DNA of 63,903 nucleotides, filler included, from Octopus bimaculoides (Eukaryota), in assembly GCF_001194135.2 (NCBI RefSeq). It is 6 parts of 6 records of this genome, joined end to end, with 100 filler letters (N's around TTAATTAATTAA, not from the genome) between each part and the next. Parts side by side here need not be neighbours in the genome. Positions count along the whole stretch, not along the records: positions 37,683 to 43,370 come from NC_069004.1; positions 43,471 to 54,111 come from NC_068985.1; 4 more parts are not named here. One strand, written 5' to 3'. The notes under the pieces are model-generated. The model worked only from the letters and a program-made list of their open reading frames with translations. It ran no database searches and had not been told where the DNA came from. This document shows positions 37,690 through 50,340 of the stretch, in pieces. How positions within the stretch are numbered: the stretch's first letter is position 1; each line of letters starts with the position of its first letter. The position numbers and the translations under genes are program-made.

Positions 37690-38790
37690 ACAGTGTGTCC
37701 CAAAATGAAGGCGACCAACTTTTTCAATTTTGCCGAAGTAAAATAAGGTTATAATTCAGGTCTGAGCATTGCAATGCGATGGTAAAGGAACCACATTTAT
37801 GACATGACTGCATTTATTCGACATGACCACCTCTGTTTTCAATCACAGCCTTAAGTTTAGGTGTGAATGCTTCACACGCACCACAAAGCTGTTCTTGCAA
37901 AATCAAAGCCCTGTTTCTGGTGTACTTTTTGCCTTCAGAGCATTGAGCGAAGCATGACGAGTTCTTGAGACCCTCGTCTCCAAAATGGGCCAAACAGAAA
38001 AATTCCAACAGGTTGAGATAGGGGCTCCTTGAGGGCCATACAGCTGTGGGATGGTGCTGAGTCCTGTTGGAGGATCCAATGTGCGCCTTGAAAGTGCTCA
38101 TTCGTCCATGGAAGCAGTTTAGCTTTCAGAATATCGCTAATGTATCACTGGGTGTTAATTTTAACACCTGAGGGCACAAAAGCCAGAGGATAGACCTTCC
38201 AGTGGCTGTTACAGCCACCCAAACCATAGCTGACTGGATATTGATGTCAGTTTACATGTCTACCCTCAATGGAGTCAGATACATTCCAAAGTCGGTCATT
38301 CTGGTGGTTTACTGTCTGTTTGATGTCAAATTTCTTTTCATCAGTGAACATCAGATTACCTTCTGCAACCTGACGCAGGATAAGATGACTTCATTCCAGT
38401 GTCATGACCTTATAAGCTCGCATGAGCTCATGATGGCGGGATCATCTTGCAGGGGTGGGTCCTGAGATCCTCCCTCCAGCACTCAATACATCAATGTTCA
38501 GATTATTTTTGCTGTGGCAGCCAGTTTCCTGATGGAAGGGCGAGGATTTTGCTATATCATTTCTGTGGTACTTTTGACAAGCTGAGGAGTCCGCACACTT
38601 CTTTTTCGGCCAGGTCCAGGTCGATCAGCGGTGAAACCAGTCTCTTGAAATTTCTTGACAATTTTCCAGACTGTTGCTCGGTTAATTTTAAGTTTTTTTT
38701 TTTTGGCTATAATTGTGAAATTAATAATTTCACCTACTTTGTGGAGGGCTACGATTGCATTTCGGTATATAGCCATTATCTAATTTATAA
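37690..38790 (-). mobile_element. Tc1/mariner-superfamily relic (maT-like)
   Basis: HTH-like RNAIVALHKVG...INRATVWKIVKKFQETG..DRPGPGRKRSVRT, WPSRSPYLNLLEF, KAVIENRGGHVE; end cagtgtgtcccaaaa. Confidence 0.8.
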
Positions 38791-38829
38791 ATCTGAATTT
38801 ATTTAGTCTGTACATGGAACCATTCATGA

Positions 38830-39110
38830 AGAACTGAACGTACAGTTTGGAGTTGGTGTGGCTAATGTACATGGAACCATTCATGAAGAACTGAATATGC
38901 ACAAAATTCGTTTGCAGGTTGCTCAGTGATGAGCATCAAAATTGTCATTGCCCCTCCCTACAGTCCAGACCTTGTTCTTTATGGCTTTTATTTGTTCCCA
39001 AGCTGAAGGGAGCAGTGACAAGGGTCCCGGACACCTTCATGAAATGGTAACAGCACTATAATAAGTGCATTGACGTCAGAGGTTAAGGTTATCTTTAGAG
39101 ATTCTCTATA
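38830..39110 (+). mobile_element. Decayed mariner C-terminal fragment
   Basis: cctccctacagtccagaccttg (PPYSPDL), ttcccaagctgaag, aagtgcattgacgtcagagg (KCIDVRG). Confidence 0.6.
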
Positions 39111-41099
39111 GAAATTAGAGTCAATACAGAAAGTTGCAATGTTTTGTATATGAATATGTCTTTGTAAACAATGCGATCGATGGAAAAAAAAATAGGTAAT
39201 TAGCATATGGTTAAGGTGGTGAGCTGCCAAAATTGTTAGTGTACTGGGTTAAATTCTTAGTGGTATTTCATCTGCTGCTACGTTCTGAGTTCAAATTCCA
39301 TCGAGGTCGGCTTTGCCTTTCATCTTTTCAGGGTTGATAAATTAAGTACCAGTTGCGTACTGAGGTCAATGTAATCAACTAGTCTCCTCCCAACAAACTT
39401 CAAGACTTCTTGCTCCTTCATCAGCAACCATCCAATTCCATTAACCATCCTCAAATACTTTGCTTAAACAGCTTCTAAATATAGCTATGGCTTTGTGGTT
39501 CGAGTATTTGGCTCACAATGGTAAGGCCGCGAGTTCAATTCCCAGCATTGCTTTGTGTCCTTCAACAAGACACTTTATTTCACGTTACTCCAGTCCATTC
39601 AGCTGGCAAAAGTGAGTGGGACCTGTAATTCAAAGGATCAGCTTTTGTTACATTCTGTGTCAGGCTGAATCTCCCTGAGAACTACATTTTGTGTCTGTGG
39701 AGTGCTCAGCCACTTTACTCTTTTACTTGTTTCAGTCATTTGACTGCGGCCATGCTGGAGCACCGCCTTTAGTCGAGCAAATCAACTCCAAGACTAACTC
39801 TTTGTAAGCCTAGTACTTATTCTATCGGTCTCTTTTGCTGAACCGTTAAGTTACGGGGACGTAAACACACCAGCATCAGTTGTCAAGCAATGTTGGCGGG
39901 ACAAACACAGACACACAAACACACACACATATACACGACGGGCTTCTTTCAGTTTCCGTCTACCAAATCCACTCACAAGGCTTTTGTCGGCCCAAGGCTA
40001 TAGTAGAAGACACNNNNNNNNNNNNNNNNNNNNNNNNNNNNNNNNNNNNNNNNNNNNNNNNNNNNNNNNNNNNNNNNNNNNNNNNNNNNNNNNNNNNNNN
40101 NNNNNNNNNNNNNNNNNNNNNNNNNNNNNNNNNNNNNNNNNNNNNNNNNNNNNNNNNNNNNNNNNNNNNNNNNNNNNNNNNNNNNNNNNNNNNNNNNNNN
40201 NNNNNNNNNNNNNNNNNNNNNNNNNNNNNNNNNNNNNNNNNNNNNNNNNNNNNNNNNNNNNNNNNNNNNNNNNNNNNNNNNNNNNNNNNNNNNNNNNNNN
40301 NNNNNNNNNNNNNNNNNNNNNNNNNNNNNNNNNNNNNNNNNNNNNNNNNNNNNNNNNNNNNNNNNNNNNNNNNNNNNNNNNNNNNNNNNNNNNNNNNNNN
40401 NNNNNNNNNNNNNNNNNNNNNNNNNNNNNNNNNNNNNNNNNNNNNNNNNNNNNNNNNNNNNNNNNNNNNNNNNNNNNNNNNNNNNNNNNNNNNNNNNNNN
40501 NNNNNNNNNNNNNNNNNNNNNNNNNNNNNNNNNNNNNNNNNNNNNNNNNNNNNNNNNNNNNNNNNNNNNNNNNNNNNNNNNNNNNNNNNNNNNNNNNNNN
40601 NNNNNNNNNNNNNNNNNNNNNNNNNNNNNNNNNNNNNNNNNNNNNNNNNNNNNNNNNNNNNNNNNNNNNNNNNNNNNNNNNNNNNNNNNNNNNNNNNNNN
40701 NNNNNNGTTTCGATTCCCAGACCGGGCGTTGTGAGTGTTTATTGAGCGAAAACACCTAAAGCTCCATGAGGCTCCGGCAGGGGATGGTGGCGAACCCTGG
40801 TGTACTCTTCCACCACAACTTTCTCTCACTCTTACTTCCTGTTTCTGTTGTGCCTGCAATTCAAAGGGTCAGCCTTGTCACACTGTGTCACGCTGAATAT
40901 CCCCGAGAACTACGTTAAGGGTACACGTGTCTGTGGAGTGCTCAGCCACTTGCATGTTAATTTCACGAGCAGGCTGTTCCGTTGATCGGATCAACTGGAA
41001 CCCTTGACATCGTAAGCGGTGGAGTGCCAACACACACTCACATAGTGATAGAGTTTCATTATTTGGATAAAATATTTTCAGTGAAATTCAGAAACACAC

Positions 41100-42560
41100 G
41101 ATCAGTAAATAATACACGAAGTCACTGAAAAATATGACAGCAACTGTAATTGCCAACAGATCATCATCATCATCAATAAGATGTACACATTCCTTTTTAT
41201 TTTTAATGACTTCAGTACAATCCCCATCCACAAGATTTGACCAATTTCCCACATTGTTCTGACTTAATTCTATTCCATTCTTCCTGAAGTTTTCCCAACA
41301 AACTCATAACATTCGCATGTTGGTGCTCTCTGATCTTATCACCAAATACCTTCCAGAAGTTTTCAATGGGATTATGGTCAGGGCTCTGAACTGGTCAATG
41401 CATCACAGCAAGATTTTCAGCTTCAAACACCTTAACTATTTTCAGCTACATTATTCTGCACAAAGATTGGTTGATGAGTTTGAGATGACCTCATAGCGGC
41501 ACAACATGCTGCAGAATGATGTTTTTGCATATGGCTGCATTGACATTACCATGGATCCAGATCAAAGACCCAAAACCTGTTGCAGAAATCATTCCCCACA
41601 CCATTAAACACCCACCTCCAAACTTCACTGATTTCAGTTCTATATTTAAGAGATGAGGAATTACGTACATTATTTACATTTCACAGACGTATGGTGTAGT
41701 GGTTAAGAGTGCGAGCTACTAACCCCAAGATTCCGAGTTCAATTCCAGGTAGTGACCTGAATAATAATAACATTAAAAAAAACCCTTAGGAATGTGAACC
41801 TAGTTTCGAAATTTCCCCAAGACACCTGATGAAGGCTGGAGGGTATATCAGCCGAAACATGTTAACAACAAAATGAGGACAAATATAGATAATGTTCACT
41901 GATTTCTTCACACATTTAGGGAGCAATCTTTCACTTATCAACGAAACCGAACTGGCTTACATCACTGAAGAACACACATCGCCAGTCGTCGTCCATTCAA
42001 ATTAGACGCTAATTAGCAAAGACTAACCTCACTTTTTGGTCCATCATACTGTGGCGGGGGAACAGGCACGAAGTCCAACTTCCTTCAAATGACAAGCCAC
42101 ACTCTTTTGAGACACATTTATTCTATAATCACAATTTACTCGGTGAGGAATTCCTGCAGCACAATCAAAACAGTCTCTTAATGACAGCCTCTGAATCACA
42201 CAGTTTTGCCAGACACTTGTCTTCCACGGGTCTCGCTAGTTTTTCTAATGACGCAAACAACCTCGTTTCTTCATAAACCTCGAGTATTCTTCAAACAGCA
42301 CTCTTTGATCTGTTAATGTCTCTGGCAATAGCAGAAACTGACATTCCTTCTTTTCTCAACATGACCACTCCTTTCTTGAGGCTTTCATCAACTTTATGTT
42401 GGCTTTCCATGGTTAATAATTCACTGCTGTTCAATATAAACCGCCACATTCTTCTTAGGTCAACTTACTTTACATTGGTTGGAGTGTTGCCAGGTTTCAC
42501 CTTTCGAATTTTACACCATACCATCTCTAATTTTGTCCATCTTGTATTTTGCAAATAAGC
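41100..42560 (-). mobile_element. Tc1 transposase pseudogene interrupted by a family-C element
   Basis: ATG at 42410: MESQHKVDESLKKGVVMLRKEGMSVSAIARDINRSKSAV*RILEVY (in-frame stop). Later LLPKCVKKSVKFGGGCLMVWGMISATG is restored once 41635-41894 and one TSD copy are removed. Confidence 0.85.
41635..41894. mobile_element. Fold-back family 'C', copy 3
   Basis: 46-bp left-end stub in one orientation, then a + strand head (A box 41692-41702, loop CTACTAA, B box 41735-41746), (AAT)n and CTGATGA..GAAA (41826-41857). Flanked by ttcactgatttc at 41624-41635 and 41895-41906. Confidence 0.88.
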
Positions 42561-43507
42561 ATTTTCTCTATTCTGCTGTGTCTGGGGAGAGTCATTCTCT
42601 TTTAGTGCCTCTTATAATTTAACACATGCACTGGTAAAATTTCCACTCATTTTCCCAAAAATTTTCATTGTTTCATGCAACCTTTTCAAAAGTCAACAAC
42701 TATTGAAAAAGGTTGCAAGACGCAACAAAAATTTTAGGAAAAATAAATATAGGCGCAAGAGTGGCTGTCTGGTAAGTAGCTTGCTTACTAACCACATGGT
42801 CCTGGGTTCAGTCCCACTGCATGACACCTTGGACAAGTGTCTTCTACTATAGCCTCAGGTCAACTAAAGCCTTGTGAGTGGATTTGGTAGACGGAAACTG
42901 AAAGAAGCCTGTCGTTTAAGTATATATATATATATATATGCTTGTGTGTGAGTGTGTATATGTTTGTGACTGTGTTTGTTTCCCCAACGTCGCTTGACAA
43001 CAGATGCTGGTGTGTTTACGTCCCTGTAGCTTAGAGGTTCAGCAAAAGAGACTGATAGAATAAGTACTAGGCTTACAAAGAATAAGCTCTGGGGTCAATT
43101 TTCTCAACTAAAGGTGGTGCTCTAGCATGGCCACAGTCAAATGACTGAAACAAGTAAAAAAGTAAATGAGTGGAAATTTTACCGGTGAGTGTGTTAAATT
43201 ATAAGGCACCAAAAGAGAATGACTCTCCCCAGACACAACAGAATATGCTTCAACACACGTACTCACATAAAGAATCTTGCTAACCAAATCCAAAAACGAA
43301 ATTTACTCTATTATAAATTATTTTGCTATTAATCACTTCCTACAAAATTTATTGTAAATAATTAACACACNNNNNNNNNNNNNNNNNNNNNNNNNNNNNN
43401 NNNNNNNNNNNNNNTTAATTAATTAANNNNNNNNNNNNNNNNNNNNNNNNNNNNNNNNNNNNNNNNNNNNATATATATATATATGTATAGTGATATACAT
43501 ATATATA

Positions 43508-43554
<47 letters not shown>

Positions 43555-44335
43555 GTATTCAGCGAGGGGGAAGGGAGATAAGTAGATAGTTTCAAATATT
43601 GATTGACATATAGATATTACCGGTGTCCAAAAATGTTCCAAACCAATTCTTTTCTTTCTTTATCATGTAAACGTCTATATCTGATTGCAGTCGTGAAAGA
43701 CATTGTTATGTCTATGAGACATATTATTGCTGAAATTCGTGTCGATATCTGTCCTTTATCTCAGAAAGAAAAAAAAATCTTTAACTCTTTGTATGTTAAT
43801 TCGTTGAGATTTTATTCGTAATTATCCACTATCATGTGAGTATCTTACAATCAGCAATGATATATATCTATCTACTTCTTCCTACGAAGGCTAATATAGG
43901 GAATCAAATGGCGTTGAGTACATCCCAGCCTATTTTGCTTACTACATTTATACTACTAAATTACTTGAAATACTTACACTTAGTTTCATCACGTTTTAGT
44001 TATACAAATTTGCGTGGGACAAAGTGATCGAAAGTCTCTCTATGCCTCAAAATATCCTCATTTATTTAGATTTTTTTTAAAAATGGATTTGTTGAAATGA
44101 ACAATGCTATACTGATAACGTATAACACTGAATACGTTAATCTACAGAGTTTTCCCTTTTTATGGAAGTAATAATACACTTAAGTTCTTTGAAATTGTCC
44201 TCCTGTTTTTGTTTTTTTTTCCAGTATTGCTAACTATCATCGTTATGTTGTGTTTACCCTGAGCTACACGCAAAGAACATTTAAGTCTTAATTACATTTT
44301 ATTTCATCGTGTAAAACATTTCTCATACTCGGTCC

Positions 44336-45017
44336 ATGTCGCCTTTGTTTAAACTCATGACTCTGTCGCCATTGTTTAAACTCATGACTCTGTCGCCTTT
44401 GTTTAAACTCATGACTCTGTCGCCATTGTTTAAACTGATGACTCTGTCGACTTTGTTTAAACTAATGACTCTGTCGCCTTTGTTTAAACTGATGACTCTG
44501 TCGCCATTGTTTAAACTCATGACTCTGTCGCCTTTGCTTAAACTGATGACTCTGTCGACTTTGTTTAAACTCATGACTCTGTCGCCATTGCTTAGACTGA
44601 TGACTCTGTCACCTTTGTTTAAACTGATGGCTCTGTCGCCTTTGTTTAAAATGATGACTCCGTCGCCTTTGTTTAAACTCCAGACTCTGTCGCCATTGTT
44701 TAAACTGATGACTCTGTCGCCTTTGTTTAAACTCATGACTCTGTCGCCATTGTTTAAACTCATGACTCTGTCGCCATTGTTTAAACTGATGACTCTGTCA
44801 CCTTTGTTTAAACTGATGGCTCTGTCGCCTTTGTTTAAAATGATGACTCCGTCGCCTTTGTTTAAACTCCTGACTCTGTCGCCTTTGTTTAAACTCATGA
44901 CTCTGTCGCCTTTGTTTAAACTCATGACTCTGTCGCATTTGTTTAAACTCATGACTCTGTCGCCTTTGTTTAAACTCATGACTCTGTCGCCTTTGTTTAA
45001 ACTCGTGACTCTGTCAC
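44336..45017. repeat. 27-bp minisatellite, 24 full plus 2 partial units, consensus ATGACTCTGTCGCCTTTGTTTAAACTC
   Basis: Direct reading. No indels between units; higher-order repeat of 7 units (189 bp). Confidence 0.97.
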
Positions 45018-45544
45018 GACTGCTCCTCGTCAGATACTCAACTGTCCACTCCTACCTTCAGAGAGTTGAACACAACATTGGAAATTAACAAAACGCTTGC
45101 CAGTTTTATAAGGACTTTTGTTAATGTCTCTGCTTATTGATATATACTGAAATATATCATATAGTGATGTATTTTCAAGTAACAGGTTGAGTAGTGTTTA
45201 GAAGCTGTTCAATCTACTCTATTAACTAATCCACGTCTCCCAGTATAGTCTGACGAACGGACATAACGACTAGACATCTGTAGTCATTACTCATTAATTT
45301 TGCCTGCGTCTCTATGCTATGCATGCATACATACACACGCACATACACACAAACACACACATAGGTGCATACATACATACCCACATGCATACATACATAC
45401 ATACATGCATAGATACATACATGCATATATACATACATATATACATACATACATGTATGCATGAATATATTAATATATAAACATATACATATATACATAT
45501 ATATGGGTGCGTTAGGGAACGTACACGTGAGTGTATGCGTCCGT

Positions 45545-45672
<128 letters not shown>

Positions 45673-47167
45673 GTCTTCGAGAAAATGTATGCATATGCAA
45701 ATTATTGTCCACCGGGATTTTGCCGATGTTGCATCTGTATTTGAATATCACTGTGACAAGGCCTTCATTAGACGCTTTAGTCGATTTCTAAAACCTCTAA
45801 ATTTATAACCAACAACTTCTAATAAAACTTGTGTGACATCTGATTAGCCAAGCTAACATCTACAGATCTTGTATTTATAGAACATTTTCCCACACTGTAT
45901 TTATATAATCAATATATCCAGGTTTTCCATTCGGTGTTGAAATCCACAGCGGTTACCTGCATCATCAGTTTGATTATTTTTGTCTATGTAGTTAGCATCT
46001 GCACTTTTTCTCATTATAGCAGTTATGTATACATTAGTTATGCCTTGATAATCGTTAAGATGTCGTGCCATAGCTTATGTAAGCTCGCTATTTAAATGAT
46101 TCCGTATTCAACATTTCCAGAATTGGTCTCTTCAGCCGCATATCTTTCGAATCTACATCATTAACAGCGGTAAAGTTCTTAGCTACTCTACGTACTTCAA
46201 GAGTCTATCTGCATAATTCTATGCATAAAATGAAAAACTACAAACGATTTGATTTTGTACTGTATATCTACCGTGAGAATATTTGAAATGGTCAGCGTGT
46301 TGTATCAGTGCGAACAACATCAGTGTGTGTCGTTCATTTTCATGCTGTCAATTTCTAGAGTCTATTTTTATAGCAGGCGTACGTTTTTTCTGCTTTCATC
46401 ACCCTGAAGATATTCAAGTTTACTTTAGACAAACATCGTTGCCATAAGACCGATGAGTAATGGTAATAAATGATACGTGTTTCTCTCTAAACAATATAAA
46501 ATATATTGGCTCGACAATGACAAAATCTAAAGAAACAGGTATTTGATAAGAGTAAAAAGCGAAAAAGAGTTAAAGGCAAGACTTTTTGTTTTTAAGGAAG
46601 AAAATGCGTAAAAAGTTCAACAAAATATCTTTAGTAAAATAATGCAGAAACGGGAAAGGAAATGCAGAGGGCTGAGTAGAGAAACACATCGAAAATAAAA
46701 TTTATTTGCCATAATGAAGTTTACAATAAAACAAAGAATATCTTAGGGTACAAAAAAGAAATATAAAGTGATTAAAATGAGAAAGACGAAAAAAAAAAGA
46801 TGGGAAGCAAAGACGGGAAGTGGATTTAATAATCAATGGGANNNNNNNNNNNNNNNNNNNNNNNNNNNNNNNNNNNNNNNNNNNNNNNNNNNNNNNNNNN
46901 NNNNNNNNNNNNNNNNNNNNNNNNNNNNNNNNNNNNNNNNNNNNNNNNNNNNNNNNNNNNNNNNNNNNNNNNNNNNNNNNNNNNNNNNNNNNNNNNNNNN
47001 NNNNNNNNNNNNNNNNNNNNNNNNNNNNNNNNNNNNNNNNNNNNNNNNNNNNNNNNNNNNNNNNNNNNNNNNNNNNNNNNNNNNNNNNNNNNNNNNNNNN
47101 NNNNNNNNNNNNNNNNNNNNNNNNNNNNNNNNNNNNNNNNNNNNNNNNNNNNNNNNNNNNNNNNNNN

Positions 47168-47201
<34 letters not shown>

Positions 47202-47815
47202 TTTATATTTGTTACCGTGGAGAAAGAGACGTGCTACCATGATAAAATGAATGCAGATGGAATGGACGGTGGAATGAGGAAAAAGACCGAATGGAATACC
47301 AAGGAAGAATTAACGCAGATCGTGCTGATACGACATCATAAGGATGGAACTGAGGCCGTGTAGACCGATAAGGAAAGCGAGTAATAGGCATGTTTGAAGA
47401 AGTCTCGTTGACCGTTGTTCTGCCAGTACAGGAAGATATTAGACATGTAAAAAGAATAAAGTTACCTTCTCGCGTCATACCAACTCATAAGAGCTGGTTT
47501 CCATGGCATAAATATTTCCCCCACACTTGAACGGTATGCCGGTCCTTCGCAGGACTATTCATTTTTGCCAGATGAGCAGACTGGAGCAACGTGAAATGAA
47601 GTGTTTTGCTCAAGAACGCAACGCGTCTCTCGGTACAGGAATCGAAACCACTATCATACGATCGTGAGTCCAACACACTAACCACTAAACCACGTGCCTC
47701 CTGAAAGTGAAAGTACCTTCTCGTGTCATACCAGCTCATAAGGGCCCGTTCCATGGTTTCAATCTTAGAGTTGTATGTATGCATGTTTGTATGTATGTAT
47801 ATATAAATATATATA

Positions 47816-47881
<66 letters not shown>

Positions 47882-48587
47882 TGTGTGTGTGTGTGTGTAT
47901 AGCTAAACCAAATATTTTATAAAATGTAATGATTCATATAATATTTATCCCAATAGAAATTGGTAGACATTCGCAATAGGAATTTTATTTTGTTTATTCT
48001 TCGAATCTTTTTGACGTTCTTATCTTTTAATACAGAAATGTAATTATATTTAAACAAGTAATTACAAGAGTAGTTAAAAAAATATAAATAGGTGCTCCTT
48101 TAATTCGCAATTAGTTAAAAAACAGGTCTTTGAATAAAATTAATCCAATTGCAAATATATGTATATATATATTTATGCAAAACAATGTTTCTCTCAAGCA
48201 TTATTCCTCTTTTAAAAGGCCGAAGTTTTCTCGCATCCATACTATACCACTGAAGGCAGTGCTTCATTATGATTGTAGCGTAATGATTGAAGCCACTAAC
48301 ATAATAAATATACGAAGTGAAAGCGGATGAGAATGAAATAAGCGAGAGAGTTAATAGTAGAAAAAGTGAAAAATATGATATATGCTGAGCGCGCACGTGT
48401 GTATGTGTGAATGCGATTGTTGGGGAGCGTTCTTTGTGTATGTATGCGTGGAAGTGGAGAGAGTGTAGGAATATAGGTAGAAATAGCTAAGAGGCGGGAG
48501 TAATGCAGACAGTGTTAATCAGGTTAAGAACCTGATAAAGAGAAATAGGTGACTGAGACAGAGTAAAAGACACCAAGGTATCCCTTC

Positions 48588-48638
<51 letters not shown>

Positions 48639-48674
48639 ATTAGCTAGCTATCTCTCTCTCTCTCTCTATCTATA

Positions 48675-48729
<55 letters not shown>

Positions 48730-48738
48730 TTATCTATC
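48588..48738. repeat. (TATC)n microsatellite
   Basis: Direct reading; ends at a gap. Confidence 0.95.
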
Positions 48739-49309
48739 NNNNNNNNNNNNNNNNNNNNNNNNNNNNNNNNNNNNNNNNNNNNNNNNNNNNNNNNNNNNNN
48801 NNNNNNNNNNNNNNNNNNNNNNNNNNNNNNNNNNNNNNNNNNNNNNNNNNNNNNNNNNNNNNNNNNNNNNNNNNNNNNNNNNNNNNNNNNNNNNNNNNNN
48901 NNNNNNNNNNNNNNNNNNNNNNNNNNNNNNNNNNNNNNNNNNNNNNNNNNNNNNNNNNNNNNNNNNNNNNNNNNNNNNNNNNNNNNNNNNNNNNNNNNNN
49001 NNNNNNNNNNNNNNNNNNNNNNNNNNNNNNNNNNNNNNNNNNNNNNNNNNNNNNNNNNNNNNNNNNNNNNNNNNNNNNNNNNNNNNNNNNNNNNNNNNNN
49101 NNNNNNNNNNNNNNNNNNNNNNNNNNNNNNNATATATATATGTGTGTGTTTATGTCTGTGCGTATATATGTATAGATGTACGTACGTATATATCTGTATA
49201 TATGTATGCATGCATGTATGTATTTATGTATGTATGTATGTATATATGTATGTATGTATGCATGTATGTATGAATGTATGTATGCAGTAAGTCCCAAAGA
49301 GATAAGCAT

Positions 49310-49358
49310 GGCTGAGATAGATAGAATATAAAAGATAGACAGAAACGAGAGTGAAAGT

Positions 49359-49397
<39 letters not shown>

Positions 49398-50340
49398 CGA
49401 CTGAAAGGGAGAGAGGGAGTAGGAATGAAAATCAAAGAATGTAAATGAAAAAATAGTGAAAGGAAAAGTAGAAAATTAATGTCAGCGATGTTACTGGAGT
49501 AAAGAGGAAAAGGAAGTTGATGTGAAAGTAGAGAACGGAGAAAGATGGAGAAAAATGAAAATGATATAGTTCAGAGGGAAAAAACAAGACTAGAGGAAAG
49601 GAAAGAATAAGAAAGAAAAGAAAAAAAAAGGTGAAGAATTAACAATGAAAAGGAGAACAGGAGTTTGATGAACTAGAAAGAAAGAAAAACGGAAGAAAAG
49701 TATAGCGATTTAAAAACATGGAGGCAAAAGATGTATCATAGAGAGATATGAATAAAAATAAGGAGAAAGTAAATAGAATGACGGAAAGTAGAGTGTAAAA
49801 GTTGAAAGAAAGTGATAAGGGTAGTAGAGTGAAAAATGATAGAACAGAGAGAGGGAGAGAGAGGGGGAGAGAGAAAATGGTGAATAGAAAAAGAAATACA
49901 TTAAATGAGTTGAAAGTGATGTTAGGGGAGGAAAATGAAAAAAGAAAGAAGAGTACAAATTGACGATGATGATCAGATGGAAAGAAGGATTATGACTTCT
50001 AAATGGAAAGTTTGTCATGATAAACAGAGAGATGACAGCTGGAAAGAGGAAAAGAAGGAAAGAGAAAATGTTTGAATTTGGATGAAAGAAATGTTGAGAA
50101 CAGCGTGTGGGTGTGAATGGAAAGAAAATAAAGGGATAGAAAGGAATCGAACAGATATAAAAAAGAGTGGAAAATATAATATTGTGAATGGAGGAATGGT
50201 GTTAAATACAAGCACAACCTGAAGAGAGAGAGAGAGAGAGAATGAGAGATAGAGAATGAGTGACTTATAATGAAAGAAAAAGAAGGTGAAAAACAAAACA
50301 GACATAAATAAGAAAAAGCAACAAAATAGGATTAGGAAAG
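49310..50340. repeat. About 1-kb purine-rich (A/G) low-complexity tract
   Basis: Plus strand strongly dominated by A and G, with (GA)n runs. Confidence 0.85.

Noticed and set aside
41691-41756. tRNA genes (SINE heads of families A-D, e.g. loop CTACTAA)
   Set aside because: A and B boxes are present but there is no complete acceptor stem or cloverleaf, and each continues into a repeat body. These are SINE heads, not tRNAs.
44323-45017. Repeat array as CRISPR; SLNKGDRV as an SH3-like motif
   Set aside because: Units are contiguous with no unique spacers and the DNA is eukaryotic. The SH3 resemblance is a short motif repeated without the rest of the fold.
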